Notes: generated by a model not told the origin, from the sequence alone. Shown: positions 20,860 to 42,368, counted from the first letter of the stretch. The stretch is 64,000 bases of DNA from Bugula neritina (GCA_964035545.1 OZ037772.1:6742889-6806888), one strand, 5' to 3'. Numbers and translations: made by a program.

Positions 20860-21026
20860 CAGAAGACAAAAACAAATGAAACTGACTGCCGTTTTGTATG
20901 TAGGTTACTCCTTCAACTGTTTTGTGCTCCAGTATAGCTACATACCATCTACTGTATCACTCCACTGCTTACAACTTTAGTATAACTATACACCAATTAC
21001 TGTATCACTGATAAGGAAAGGTGAGT
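20860..21026 (+). promoter_or_regulatory. Promoter/leader-exon cassette (distal, upstream of copy 2)
   Basis: AAATGAAACT 20874-20883; leader homologous to 42401-42534; donor AAG|GTGAGT at 21021; TATA degenerate. Confidence 0.5.
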
Positions 21027-24000
21027 TGAAAACATTAACACATTTTCTTTTCCATATTCTACTTGATTTCTTTTGAGGTTGAGGTATAGATATGCTCTGG
21101 TGATTAACTATTCATAATTTTTCCTAAAAATTGTCTATTTATCAATCTTGATGTCATATTTCTGATTTAGTCTTGGTTCGGATTTTTCCTATATTATCAT
21201 ATTATATCAATTTCTTTTTAGATTAAACTTTTTTCATTCTAACTAAGTACATTTGGATCAAAGTTATGATTCTAATATTTTAGTTTAATAAAATTGGGGC
21301 AACATATTGCATTTTTTATTTCATCATTTGCTTGTGAAATGTACCTTTGAACAGAAAACAAAAGTATAATAATTTTCAGAAAATGCCTAAATATTGACAT
21401 TCAATAGTTCATAATTAATTTAATAAATAAATGATGCTTTGCTATTACCACGCTGCCTCTGTAGCAAAACAGTCTATAGCTATCTGCCTTATAGTATGAG
21501 CATGATTATCTAGTAGAAATTGATACCCTTTTGTTTTTTTCAAAAAATAGAAGCTGAAAACTATTTGCAATTGGTAAAAAAGGCCGAAAAGTTGTAAGTA
21601 TTAGAATATCATGGCTATAAATTGAATACAGATAAGTAATAGTGATGCAAAAATTATTCTTATAACTTAAATATTGTAGAAAGAATTGAAAAAAACATAG
21701 ATAACATGTTAAAATATTGATTCATAGTTGTTGAAACTAACGTAGCTGCAGTATTCAAATACAGATGTCATCATAATATTTCTCCCCAACATTTTGAAGT
21801 TGATGGTTTATAAAATGTTTTACCAACATTCTGTAAGCACATAAAATAAATATTTGTATAATGCTGCTGGTATAAAATGTTGTGAGTCGACATCAATATA
21901 CTATAAAGTGTAGACATAACATGTTATAGATATCAAACAATGTTTTGAGAAACATTGCCAACAAATTTGTTCCATCATTTTGTCAACAACTCTGTAGGAC
22001 TGTTCCATATGATATAGCATGAAATGTATGCAAGATTTAGAAAAAAAAAACTTTGTAAACCACTGTTATTAAATCATCTATTTTCACCTCTCAGCTGACA
22101 ATGTTGGCAGATATATTGTTTTCTAATCAATGTGGTGAAATATAAATATTGCAATTTATTATTTTGTGTGGTTTGATGATGTCATGGTTCAAAAACTATG
22201 AGCAAATATTACAAAAATAAAGTATAAAAAGCAATTCTAACACTACAGATAAAGCTTTATACGATATTTCAGATGTAGATTTTGAAATATTTATTCAACT
22301 AATATTCAAGACTAAAATAAATTCTAATGTAGCTACTTTTGACAACATAAATGTTTCTCAAACACAGCCAGGAGATTTCTCTTTGCCGTCATTAATCTAA
22401 CAACCATTTTTTAGATTGAAAGTGGACACTGTGATAACAACTTTACAGAAGAACAGAAGTTTGCTGTAATACACTTTTGTAGCACTTCATATATTTGTGA
22501 TGCACCACAATCCAGTATACAATCTTATGAACTTGAAAATGTAATGGCTTGCACTACAATTTTACACCAGGATTAGTCAGTCCTTTGACACCTACATTGA
22601 GATGCTTTCCTGGATGTAGCAAGTAATGGCTACTCAAAGTAAGGCCGAGTTGAAATAAATGTATAGTCAAATTATTGTCTTCGTTAGAATGAAAAACTGC
22701 ATTGTCATGTAGCGCTTTGAAGATAAGATAATTGGTTACTAGGATGCTTTAAAATGTTTTATTACCCATCAAGCACTCTCATATGCTCTTGAGCATAAAG
22801 GTAACTGTGCTATGGAACTTGCTTATTACAATATATTTGCAATGCAAAAATCTTATGGCTTCAACATATGTATTGGAATAACCAAAACATTTCATATTTT
22901 ACTATAAGTGTTAGGACTAGATTTGTAACAATGTTTAGTTACAGGATAGTATAATGTCGGTCTGTAATAGTTGTAAGTTGTTGTCAGTAACTTGTTTTAA
23001 TTAGTTACTTTTACTCATGCAGTCTCTTTGTGTGGTTCTAGCATGATAAATATTTAAACATATATGTAGCCATTATATAATTATTATCTTTATTATATCA
23101 ATGATTAAACATGGCAAAGTATTGCTAAGCATCTCTATATATAGGATCCAGCACCTGTAAATATGGTAATTCTGTCATTTCATATTAGCATACCAATACA
23201 GGGTTAAACGGTGTTGCTATAGGAAAGTAAATAGTATATACCATACAATTTCTGATTATGGACAATTTCTTCTGCTATCAGAATTGTTTTCCTCTGTTTT
23301 AATTAGACTCTCCTAGACCCAAATGAGGTTCCCATATGTCCTAGAGAGATGTACAAACATTTAAAATTTGATTGTGATAAATATTAGTAAACGGATAATA
23401 TTGTTATGTTGTTTGCTAAAAATCTATTCAATTCATTTAATTATTCGAACACTAATTTCATAAAATATATACGAAGACAACGCCATTTTTGTCTCCTATA
23501 GATAAAAAAATTATTGGAAATATGTTCCACAAAACATTTTATACCAACTTTCTGTAAGAAAAGGGTACGCAGACTGCCATAATTTTGCATGAGTATTTTT
23601 CAGTGTAGGCAAAATTTCAGCAAAATATGATATAAAGTGTAGAAATGTTCTAATTTTGTTTACAATATCTTCCCTACATTTCATAAACAACTCTGTATGA
23701 CCTACTATCATGTAACAAGAACTTTATGCTGTGTTTTTCAAGCATTTCAAAGCAACTTTCTTGCAGTCATTAGTCAAACAACCTTTTCATTTTGAGATTA
23801 AAATAAAACACTCAGCTATAACTTTATATAATGCAGCAACTATGAAAGACTGCTATAGATAGCATTTGTAGCACATGCTCTAAGTCTAGCAGCTATTGTA
23901 CCTAGTATAGAATCTTATGAACTTGTACAATTGGTTTACTTATGCTACAAGCACCAGGATTGGTCAATTCTTTGACACCCACTTTGAGATGCTTTTCTAG

Positions 24001-24297
24001 ATGTAGCAAGTATAATGGCTACTCAAAGCAATGCTGAGTTGAAATGAATTTGTGGTGAACTATTTGCTTTTGCAGAAATTCTATAGTGTCTTGTTATCTA
24101 GATATTTGAAAATAAGGTAATTGGTTTTGAGTGTGCTCTAAAATGTTTTATTGCATAACAAGCACAATTGTTAGGACTCAAGCCTGGAGGTTAGTCTTTC
24201 CTGGAATTTGTTTATCACATCATATTTTTGCAATGCATGAATTTTACTATATGGCTGTCACATTTGCGTTGAAATCACTAGAAGATTTCAGAATGTG

Positions 24298-24761
24298 TAA
24301 AGTTGCGTTTATATACCTCTGCTGAAAAAAAGTACCGAGTTTCAATTAATAATGTTTGTCCCGGTACCCCTTTCTAGTCAAACTGAAAATCATTAAAATC
24401 ATATTGATGCGGAAGCACACTTTCTAAAATTGAGATCTGACTCGGCTAATCGCTATTTGATGCCCTTCGTAAACATAGTGAACTAAAAAAGTTGACAGCA
24501 TAAAAGTGATAATTGAGAAAGCGTAGGCAATATAATCATTAACATATAAGTACGTCATCATATTGCCAAAGTCATAACTAAATAACGATGTTTACAGAGG
24601 GTTATTACTCTTTTTGAATATTATTCTAAAAATGGCCGATTTGGTTATCACAGTACAAAAGTCTTACGAGCGGCTTTTACAATGCAATGCAACTCGGAGA
24701 AATTTCAACTCGGCCAATTTGTATTTCTGACTAAAATCATGAAGGTATGAAGGCAACTTTA
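24298..24761. mobile_element. MITE-like element with TAAAGTTGC terminal inverted repeats
   Basis: TAAAGTTGCGTTTATATACC ... GGTATGAAGGCAACTTTA; interrupts one of two duplicated segments (22.5-23.3 kb versus 23.9-25.2 kb). Confidence 0.45.
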
Positions 24762-25458
24762 GTATTAGAGATATATTTCTAACCACTTTTTATTAGAGAG
24801 TGGTATATACAATGTAGTGTTAATTTGTAATAGTATCAACTCCCATTCAGTAACTGGCTTTAGTTTGTTCTTTTCACCCAGTCTTTTGTGTAATTTTACT
24901 ATAATTATAGTTTGAAAGCATAGCCCTTGTTCCCTTTGTATATTGTAGCCATATTTGCATCCTCTTTATATTATTGATAATGAAACATTTTGTAGTATTG
25001 ATTAGCATCGCCTGGGTTTTAGTGCTAAGCAGTTGAAAAACATGATTTACTCAGCTCCAACTTAAGGCAGTAATTCTACCAGATTACAATAATGATACAA
25101 AGGTTAATCAGTGTCGCTATAGCAAAGTAAGTAAATACTATGTCATAAAACTGGTGGTTATAGGCAACTTCCTTTGCTATCATTTGCAATGGGTTCAGTA
25201 TAAAGCTATAGCTATAGGGTAAAAGGTTGTCTTCTTGAAGATTTCATGATCAGCATATACTGAAACACAGCAAACTTCTTCGACCACCAAATTATTTTCT
25301 CTATTTTTACGATGACTACTAAAAATAGAACAGGTTAAAAAGGTGCTGGAAATAACGGCACAAGTGATAATAGCAGAAAAAGTAGATAAAACTGCAGCAC
25401 TTCTTTAATACTGTTGGTTGGGCTTTGGAGAAATTTAACATATTAACATGTATCTCTA

Positions 25459-25724
<266 letters not shown>

Positions 25725-25847
25725 TTTTATGCATACTCAGTTTAGATGCATATTTAACCTAAGGAACTCCCACATTTGAAATTCCTTTGTAATCAGAGGT
25801 TATGTTGCAGCACACTATATTTACATAATTATGATAAGAACAAAGGC

Positions 25848-26018
25848 TATAAAACTGACAAAATGAAACTTCCTGTTACTCCCCCTGCCCTTCGCACACT
25901 TAACTGCTTACCGCTCTATTATAACCATCTACTAACTACCCACTGCATCAGTTCACTACTTACTGCTCCAGTATAACCACCTACTATAGCTACTGCATCA
26001 TTGCATACAAAGGTGAGT
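25848..26018 (+). promoter_or_regulatory. Promoter/leader-exon cassette upstream of copy 2
   Basis: TATAAAA 25848; AAATGAAACT 25861-25870; Inr-like TTACT with A at 25878; ATG-free leader; donor AAG|GTGAGT at 26013. Confidence 0.62.
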
Positions 26019-26216
26019 AGAAACCATGTCTTTGTTTACAATATCAATAGCTGACTTTGTAGTCTATATGCAGTTTGAAAATAGTCACTGTGTGTCTGTC
26101 TGTGCTAACATGTACACATGTGGCTTCTGTCTCTCCCTCTCTCTCCCCTTTTACGCTCTCGCTCTCTCTCCCCCTCTCTCTCTCTATCTCTCAATTTTTT
26201 TTTCTTTCTATGTTTC

Positions 26217-26222
<6 letters not shown>

Positions 26223-26296
<74 letters not shown>
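26223..26296. repeat. (CT)n microsatellite
   Basis: Directly visible. Confidence 0.9.
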
Positions 26297-26301
<5 letters not shown>

Positions 26302-26582
26302 ATACCATATTCTGCAGCTTACACTCAGAGAGATTTAGATATATTGCTAACCAGTTAATATATTTAACTTTGTTGTTTTCTTACAACATAACAAGTAATA
26401 TAGCTAAGATACCGGGAAATTATTTATAGATACTAAAAAGCAGTGTTTGAAAAACTGGTGACCCTATCCACTGCTAATGTTGAAAGGTCAACAGCAATGT
26501 AGGTTCTGTATATGTATATGACTGTGACCTATTTTAATTTCAGAGTGCATTGTGATATAATCACGTTACAAAATACAAAGGC

Positions 26583-26703
26583 CATAAAATGATTGGGAGG
26601 ATGAAATGAAACTTCATTCTGTTTACTGCTCTACTTGCTACTCTGCTAGTATAACTACATCCTAACTACAGCAGCACATGATTACTTCCCATAACTCTAG
26701 TAT
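26583..26703 (+). promoter_or_regulatory. Promoter/leader cassette split by Gypsy copy B (continues at 31838-31883)
   Basis: CATAAAA 26583; GAAATGAAACT 26603-26613; TCATTC. Removing the element and one TSD restores CTCTAGTATAACTA...AAAAG|GTGAGA. Confidence 0.6.
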
Positions 26704-27169
26704 TGTAATGGCATAGGGAATGTATGCCCTTCATTCATCTTGCACATAAACACTTACATGCAAAGCTTAAGTGTATTATAGTCATATAGGTATTATAACA
26801 TTCCCTTCGTAATGCTCGGGCTAACATTGTAAAATACCGCACTCTCTGCAGTAGTGGCGCAGGGTTCCCACCGTCGGAACATACCGGCCAATCCAAAGAC
26901 AGCCTCTCCTTATAAGGCGGGCCTCACAGACGTCCTGACTCATTTTACGTTTTTAGACGTCTTATAGAGCTCACTACTGTATTGAATCTCTGTGTTATAT
27001 ATTTCTTCATATTGATGTAGTCTTTTATAATTAGTGTTTCAAATATATCTATTCATTCAACCATAACAACTACTCGGTTCTCTCCAGCAAACCTCGAATA
27101 AAGGTTATGCTGTAGCAGTGCAAACACCGAATATAATCCACACTGGTAGTAATCCGCAAAACTAGAAAA
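26704..27169 (+). repeat. 5' LTR of Gypsy copy B
   Basis: Starts TGTAATGG right after the TSD, ends just before the PBS, and is homologous to 10629-11089. Confidence 0.88.
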
Positions 27170-27170
27170 G

Positions 27171-27188
27171 TGGTGGCAGCGGTGAGAT
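27171..27188 (+). promoter_or_regulatory. Primer binding site complementary to tRNA-Leu 3' end
   Basis: TGGTGGCAGCGGTGAGAT versus the reverse complement of the conserved metazoan tRNA-Leu 3' end TGGTGGCAGCGGTGGGAT (1 mismatch). A more decayed copy lies at 4096-4113. Confidence 0.85.
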
Positions 27189-29951
27189 AATTATGTGTAG
27201 ATACAACTGCGACTACTCTGTATGGAAAGATGATTATCGATGGCTAAAGCTGGACAATAAAGTGCCAAAAAAGAAGCTGTCAGTGGAGAAACAGAACCAC
27301 TGTTGGAGCCCGCAAAACCGACAAAGACTGCAAGCCCTTTTGAAGGTGAGCCCAAAACTCTTGAGAGTCAGAATAATCCGATACTGCGGGTGAGGAGGCA
27401 GATAGCGAAATATCTGGTGAGAGACACTTTCTGAAAGCCCCCGTCTCTAATGTTAGTGAAGCTGTAGAGCAATTTCTTTAAGAGTTTAGCAACTTGGTGA
27501 CTGTCTCTAAGTGGCCGCCTAGGGCTGTACTCTTACAACTGTGGTTGAGAATCGCCGTCCACAGCATTTTTGCTGCCCTATGAGCCCAATTTGGCCTATC
27601 AGCTATTGACACTAGGGTTTGCTGTCAAGGGTTGTGACGCAAACCGTGCACACTCTTGCAAAAGCAGGCAGCCACGGTTAAACTGTTGGCACAAACCGCA
27701 CATAGCGAATTGTCACCGACAAACCGGGAGCGTTACAACTCTGATGCCACTGTGCAATCATTGGGCGACTTAAAACTCCACCACCAATTCCTGGCAAAAA
27801 GAGGCAAAGCAAGGTGAGGGAAGGTGAGGTTTATTTGCAGGCTAAACAGTTGCACAGGAGACGTATGAGCTCTCATCAGATTGGGACGAAGTTACGGGGC
27901 CCACCCGAGTCTGAACTGACCACTCACGTAGCCGTAACTGCAAGCCCTTCTTTAGCTGCTGAACCAGCTTACATGGTGGAGGTAGCAAAATAATTAGTGG
28001 TGGGACTTGCACAGTTCTAGAAGGCTGGCCTGCTCAGAGACTTAAGAGATCAAAGCAGACTTTGCCTTCGGATGGGTTACTGCATGTTGAGAATGAGGTA
28101 GTTGCAGACGTCTTTGCAGGGAGTGTCTGCAAGTCTTGCAACAGGAGTTAAGCCACCTCAGCCCAAAGCTTCATTTGCCAGTCGCAGGCCAGAGGTAAAT
28201 CACTGGTTAAGGGAAAGCTATTTAAAATTCCCAAGGATGTCACGAGCGCCCCCAATCAAATGGCAGGTGCCAAGGAGGACTGGCAAGCCGTATGACAGGC
28301 CTGTTGCTCCACTCGACCTGGCCACGTCAGAAAAATTTTAACGGACTGCAAAAAGAGTGGTCTGATAAAGAGGTCAGGCAGGACCATAAGTTTGCAAATG
28401 TGCCTCTGCAACCTCTGAGACCATCTCGTAGCCGTCGGACGCAGGCCTCGCCCAAACTCAAGGCTCCAGAAGTGTTACATTTAGAGGTCGAGAGCGCTCA
28501 GAGAATTAAAGTACAACTTTATGGCAGCAGCCATTTCTTGCTAGACAAAATAGCGGGCAGAGCTGTTACCATCCTGCTGGATTCAGGATGTACTACGAAC
28601 CTTTTGAGACGCCGACTCTTCGACACACTCAGCATAAAAGACCAGGCGGCCTGGGAATTATGGCATGTTGGCGGACAGGTCATTGATTATTTTGGCATCA
28701 ATGAACTTGCTGGTAGAATTCGATATTAGGCAATTAGTAAGGCATTTATCGTCAGCCAGCTCAAGGAAGACGCTATCCTTGAGAGGAATGCGGGAATAAC
28801 AGGGAACGCCTGATAATGGTGCAGTTACTTAGTGAGGACAAAGACGTGTTCAGCAGGGGGCACCATGACGTGGGCTTGACCAAGACTATCCATCATGAAA
28901 TTCCTCTGGCTGCGAAAATGGTCCCAATCCAGCAAGCTAGCTGCGGGTCGGGCTGGGAGAGGAAGAAGGAGGTGAGCCGGTAAGTCCACAACCTTCCGGA
29001 CCGTGACCTGATAGAGCCTGCCCACGGAAGACGCATGTGAGCTGGCAATTTTGTGTGGATTACCACAAGTTGAACAGCGTTACCATACAGGACACATGTC
29101 CCTTTCTGTATTGATGAGTCCCTAGACACTCTGACCGGTAGCAAGTACTTCAGTACGCTAGAATTGCTGAACGGGCACGTGCAGGTGCCTCTCAGTCCTG
29201 ATGCTCAAGACAAGATCGAGTTCATCACCAGTGATGGGCTCTAGAAATAGAAATTGTTACCATTTGGGTTCACCTCAGCTCCGGCAGTGTTTTAAAGACT
29301 CATGGAGTAGGTTCTTAGTGAGCTGCACTGGGAAACCTTGCTCATCTACCTTGATGACATCATCATGATCTCCCCAGACTTTACGACTCACTTCAGCGAT
29401 TTGTGAGAAGTTTCCGAGAGGCTTCGAGGAGCCGGTCTAAAACTGAAACTTTCCAAGTGCGCTCTGTTACAGCTGGAGGTTAAATAACTGGGCTATGTTG
29501 TTGGCCGGGACAGTGTAGCTATCGACCGCGATAAGGTACCGGCAGTGGAAAACTGGGCTACCCCTTAGTATCTCACAGGACTACATCTTTTCCTGGGGCT
29601 AGTAGGTACCACCGGCAGTGCATACTGGACTCTGTGGAGATAGCGCAGCCCTTAAATTGGCTAAACACAATGGGGGCCTACCGGCAACCGCTGTCCACTC
29701 GCCAGGACATTGTATTTGATTGTTTGCAAAGCGACAACATAAAGCAAGGTGGAAGTCGCCACAGTGAGCCACTGCGGGCGGTGTGGGAGTTGTGCGACCA
29801 ACAGAAAATTATTTTCTGAACAAAAAAAAGTGAAGTAATGGGGGGGAGTAATTATACCTATAACACAAAGGTCACACCACTTGCAGCAACCAAGCTGCCC
29901 AGCCTTTTCATGTTCAACAGTCGATAGAACTAGATGTTCGCTGACTGTTAA

Positions 29952-31389
29952 CCCTTACGCGATCAATGGACCATACATGTCCTTGAAAGCGACACTATCC
30001 ACAGATCAATGGACGATATATGGTCTTTCACTTATACAAACAATAGTGCTTACTTCAAACCTCTAGTTTTCAACTGAATAGCCTAAAAGTTTTTGTAATT
30101 TATGTTGATGGTGCAGCTTAGTAATTTTGAGATAATTATAGCGAATAAATTGTATTAAAAGAATAGCTACCAAGCCAGCTATTTGCTTTTCAATTTAATG
30201 CCTGAATTTCAAAATTGTCGGTAAAATTTTATGCTACTTTCAAATGCAACAAACTGCTATCAACTTATATAGAGCCAGTTTATTTTATTCAGAATAAAGT
30301 TAGAAGAACATCTAAATAGATAGAAATGTTGAAATCACAATATTTTGAATCATATTTTAAATTTATTTTATCATTTTGAATTTTCAATTTTTAAACGGCG
30401 GGTTTGAGCGGTCAAATTAAAATGACTGATTTTAGTTAGAGTTTCGATCTCCTGTCACTTTTAAAAGTTTTTTATAATAGAAAATACACTTAAAATTATA
30501 ATACCCAGTTTATTTAAGGCCAAAATCCAGTGTAACTTTTCAATAATGAAATTGAAACTTACTTAAAATTTGCTAACACATTTTGCGATAAACTCAAACG
30601 AGCCATAAAATTACGCAACTTCAAAGTTGATCGCGATAGTTAAGGGCATCCTCACTAAGAATATCATAAATTTCTCTCAAAAGGTAGTTCAGGTTCTTGA
30701 ATAATATTGCTCTGCGGGTGGCATGCGTGTTGCCTACTTGTAATTGTTTAGCCTAAGATTAAACTACAACCAATAAGCAGCAACCTTCGTTAGGGCTGCG
30801 TAATCTATCAACATTCCATTATGGGTGCTACATAAACAAAGTACGAAGCGAGCTATTCATTATAGCCTGCCAGCTAGCTAGCCTGTAACTATTATGTAGG
30901 CGCCAATATCTTCTCATTCCTACGTGCTCAGTGAAGTGTGAAGTGCTGCGCGCTGCTAGTTTCTTATGAGAAAATATGGCATTTTCAGTGTATAAATCAC
31001 CAATTTATGAGCAATCTAGCAGAGTTATTGAAAAAAGAAAAAAACTTACACTGGAGAAATATCTCAGGATTCCAGCAGTGCAATTTTTATTCAGATATCA
31101 TGCTTTGCTGCTGAGATATTTTACTGGTACTGAAAAGTCAGCTTTTCAGGCAAAATTGGCCAAAATTGGGCAGTTTTTTGTCTATAACTTCGCAAAAAAA
31201 ATGAAAATTGAAAATTCCAAAAAACCTACACTGGAGAAAAAGAAGATCTACAACATAGTTTTTAAATTTTAACTCTAGCACAATTAGGTCAGATTTTATT
31301 TTACTGGTACTGAATTCTTATATGATTACAATGCAAACATCAGCAAGGCAGTTGCAGCTAAAAGGTTGCCCTTAACTATCCTGTGAGGG
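29952..31389. mobile_element. piggyBac-like non-autonomous element inserted in Gypsy copy B
   Basis: Absent from copy A. Starts after TTAA (29948-29951) with CCCTTACGCGATCAA. The matching right end TTGATCGCG..AGGG is split by the element at 30635-31385. Confidence 0.55.
30635..31385 (+). mobile_element. TIR element (MITE) with (CACAG)GATAGTTAAGGGCA termini
   Basis: GATAGTTAAGGGCA at 30635 and TGCCCTTAACTATCCTGTG ending 31385; a second copy lies in opposite orientation at 37725-38365. Confidence 0.65.
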
Positions 31390-32035
31390 AGAAAACAATA
31401 ATTATTTTTAATTATTCAAGTATAAATTTAAATGCTGGTATTGGGGGTAAAACACTCAAATTAAGTTGTTCTATAATTATAAAGACTGATCTGATGTCAG
31501 TGCAGTTCGACTCAGTCAATCAGTTTGAGTTAGACATAGTGAAGACTTTGACAACCGACATTGAAAAAAGAACTTGGTAATGACCGATAATCTATTAGAT
31601 CAAAATCTGGAATCCATATTTCTCTGTCAGTCTAAGCAGTTGTCAACAGTCTCGTGAGTGCCATAAAAAAAGATAAGTGATTCGTAGGCAATTTATAATT
31701 AGTGTTTAAAATAAATCTATTCATTCAACCATTACAACAACTCGGTTCTCTCTAACAAACCTTCTATAAAAGTTATGCTCCAGTAGTGCAAACACAAAAT
31801 ATAATCCACACTGGTAGGAGCCCGCAAAACTACCACAGTATAACTAAGCACTAACTGCTGCATCACTAAAAGAAAAGGTGAGAAAAGACCAATTTATTAT
31901 GCTATATTTTACCCTGGCTACAAGTTAGAGCTACAAACAAGTTTTAGCAATTTTTTTTATTTCTGGCACGTATTTTGTATGATAATTATATTAAAACGTA
32001 AACATGCAGATTGCTAAGTATTTGATAAGAAAAGT

Positions 32036-32217
32036 TATAAAATAGATAAAATGAAACTGGTTGTCACTCCCCGTGCCATTTGTTCACTTAGCTACGCGCT
32101 ACTCCAGTATAACTATCTACTGTAGCTATACTGCACCACTTCACTACTTACTGCTCTATAGCACATTTAGCCACCTAATAGCTACTCTATCATTTCATAT
32201 AACAAAGTTGGGTAAAG
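32036..32217 (+). promoter_or_regulatory. Promoter/leader-exon cassette, proximal to copy 2
   Basis: TATAAAA 32036; AAATGAAACT 32049-32058; TCACT with A at 32066; donor-like GG|GTAAAG at 32212. Confidence 0.6.
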
Positions 32218-32739
32218 ATCATATATTTTTCTTTACTATTTTTATATTATAGGATACTAATTAATAGAGTAGAATAGCAGATCTAATTTTGGTGGTTGCA
32301 TATTAACTATAATAAAAACATTGCCTCCTTCATAAGTTTGCTGCTAGAAATGTATACAATTTATAGGTCAATTGGTAGAGAAAACATTATGCTTTGTGTT
32401 GTGCGATGAACTTGAAAAATTTTGTAGCCTTTATAAATTGTCTTAGTTTATCACCTATTTCAACATTGCATCGGGTTTTAGGAATGGTGAATCAGTGAGT
32501 TCTTTTTCTTTTGTGGCATTCTTTTGTAGATTAATCTGGAGATTACATCTGCTTGTAAAATTGTAAATATCTGTCTGCTTCCACTATAGCAAGTGCATGG
32601 GTGGTTATTTGTGTATCTGTGTAAACATAAAATTTGTTTGCACAACTTGTACAGACCGTACCAAAACCATCATTCTTACACTATTATAGAAAAATGAGGT
32701 TCCTTTTCCCTCTATATCTCATTTTTTATGCTCCTTTTG

Positions 32740-32750
<11 letters not shown>

Positions 32751-32814
<64 letters not shown>

Positions 32815-32820
32815 CTCTTT
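32751..32820. repeat. (CT)n microsatellite upstream of copy 2 ATG exon
   Basis: Directly visible. Confidence 0.9.
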
Positions 32821-32925
32821 CTCTGAATGTTGTTTATTTTTCTCCTTGTGCCTGGCAAAAACTATATATTTTGCCTCATAATTTTCCCCAACAAAATAAA
32901 AATTGTTTTATATTGCAAATTCAAG

Positions 32926-39889
<6,964 letters not shown>

Positions 39890-41368
39890 GTAATGTGCTA
39901 AGCAAATGTTAAACTTGGTTGTCAATATGCTCTATATTTTACGTTTTTGTTCATATTGTTCAAAATTTGAATTTAACGGCATAATTGGTTGCTCTTATAA
40001 CTATATATTCTGAATGATTTGGCTTTTCACAAGTCTAATGACATTTTTTAAACATTCCCAATGAGTGTATTTTTATTAACTCTGCAAGCAGTGAGAAACA
40101 TTTTTAATACAATTCTTGCCACAAATACTTATCATTTTTTGACTGATAATGACACATTCAATAATATCTAATCCTTTTATTTGCCATATTGCCTAGATGA
40201 AGCATTTATTCCTGTATTTTTAATACCAGAATAATTATGTCTTTAATACATCCCTTTTGCAAATGTTATATTATATTATATAACTAAACTGTTATGCAAA
40301 AGTTGCTTGTTTAGCATAACATCAAAGCATGTACTTTTATTTTATTATGTACATTTATTAATAATAAAGTCATGTTGTTATACTATATATATAGCATTTA
40401 TAACAATTTACTTCCCAACTGAAGTTGAAGGTTTTTTCACAAAATCTTTTTTAAATATTTGATGAAATGTAATAAGAAATAAAACACAAAAGCTAGATAT
40501 GTTGCCATTATATGTTTTTATCAAAGCTATAGTACGTGTTTGCAAATAGTTCTTGTTTTACCTTATATAGTAGATAGAATGTTTGCAACTGTTTATTGCT
40601 GCATGCAAATATTTTTATTTGAATTCATAGAAGAAACTTATAAAAAATATATCATTCCAATACATGCTTATATTTAAACATGAAATACTAACCGTTTTAT
40701 AATCTATAATATATATGATTGCATACAACCAAATTAATTAATAATGAACTGGCATAGAAGTTTTTTTTAAAATAATAACCAAGCGGTAAAAAGTGATAGG
40801 TTACTAATATGGAATGATACAGTATAAAGTTTGATGCTATTTATATAACATATCACACAAAGAACACTGAGTAATTATCATTATGTTATATACAATTGCA
40901 TTCATAACTTCATAATTTATAACATGCTATATTTTTGAACGTTATATATAACTAACAACATTCAAACTAGTTGATTTATATTCAATAGTGCTAGAATTTT
41001 ATTACTACTTTATATAGAAAGTTCCTATAACACATAAAATAACAAAATTGTGAGATGTTATTGTTAATTATAAAAAGTATTTTTCCACACAGTCTGTACT
41101 CTAGGTTAACAAAGCTTTTTATAGGAAAAAATGCAGTGTGTGGTATGTGTACATGATGGTGTTAAACCATTCTTATATAAAGCGGTTATTTTTAAGTATA
41201 TGATAACATATTATAATTTACGGTTAAAACGTGGTGTTCTATATTGATCACCACATGCTTATTGGATATATAACATAATTATTGATCACAAAAGACCAGA
41301 ACCATATAAAGCTAGTTTGATATAAGAAGTTAACATTGATCAATAGACAGTTATGCATAAATTAATAA

Positions 41369-41469
<101 letters not shown>

Positions 41470-42368
41470 GCTGTGCGCAGCTAGCATAGAAGCTGAGTCT
41501 ATTGCCAATTACACCAACCCAACTTTCCCATTATCAATATGGATGTTATTGATTAACAATGATACAAAAGACAGAGACTGTAACAAGAGAAATGAACCTG
41601 CATTCAACTGAACTTTTCTTTTCTATCAATTGACATATTGTATTGTATTTGATATAATATAGGTTAAGATGCATGTTGTAATAAAGTGAATTGATAATGC
41701 CTCAATAGTCAATAGCTAGTACAAGTTCAACTTTAAACAGCCCACTAACTTACCAGAGTATATTCTATACACGCAGGTGCAAACTACATATAAAATTATT
41801 AAATTTTAAAAGCCACAGCAAGTGCGAGCACTCAATTAACTTTGTTAGGGTAATGATTGTAGGTATGCAGACTATAGTTTGAGGCCACAGCTAATATAAT
41901 TATGATAACAAAAATTATGCTAGTACCAACAATGATCTAGACGCTTATTATAACACTCATAATAGTCTATATATATGCTATGACAGAAAATAATTCAATG
42001 CAGATCTTTTCAGCAAAAATAATGCTAAATGGCAAGCAGAAAATTTCCCATTTAGACTGAATAACAGCTCTTTTCAAATCAATTCTTTTGTTTGAAAATA
42101 ATTTCCAATAAAAGCCTCAAAATATTGTAAGAGCAAAGGATACAATGCTATTACAAAAATAAAACTGCTTGATTTCCCCATGACTACTTTCAATGAATGC
42201 CTGCTCAATAAATCAATACTATGTCTTATAGTATGAGAGTCTAAGGCAGATTTATAATGAACAAAGCTAGGCTTGATCTAAAGTTTGGCATAGTACAGGG
42301 TGAAGTAATCAATAGAGTCAAAGGCTACATAAATATGGAGTAACAAAAGAGTCTACTAAAAACAAGGG

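Larger units (their letters stand above)
26704..31837 (+). mobile_element. Decayed Gypsy/Ty3 LTR retrotransposon, copy B (same insertion event as copy A)
   Basis: 5' LTR 26704-27169; PBS 27171-27188; gag; protease ILLDSGCTTNLL (28571-28606); RT with LPFG and YLDD (29347-29358); RNase H/integrase deleted; truncated 3' LTR ~31692-31837; 4-bp TSD GTAT at 26700-26703 and 31838-31841. Confidence 0.93.

Noticed and set aside
25863-25976. Cassettes as alternative coding first exons (MKLPVTPPAL.., signal-peptide-like starts)
   Set aside because: Each frame checked hits a stop before the donor, lengths are not frame-conserved, two cassettes have GTG or GCG instead of ATG, and the ATG lies upstream of the predicted start site.
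30976-31272. ORF with a homolog at 37933-38121 suggesting a small gene family
   Set aside because: Both lie inside copies of the same non-autonomous TIR element; similarity is at the DNA level.
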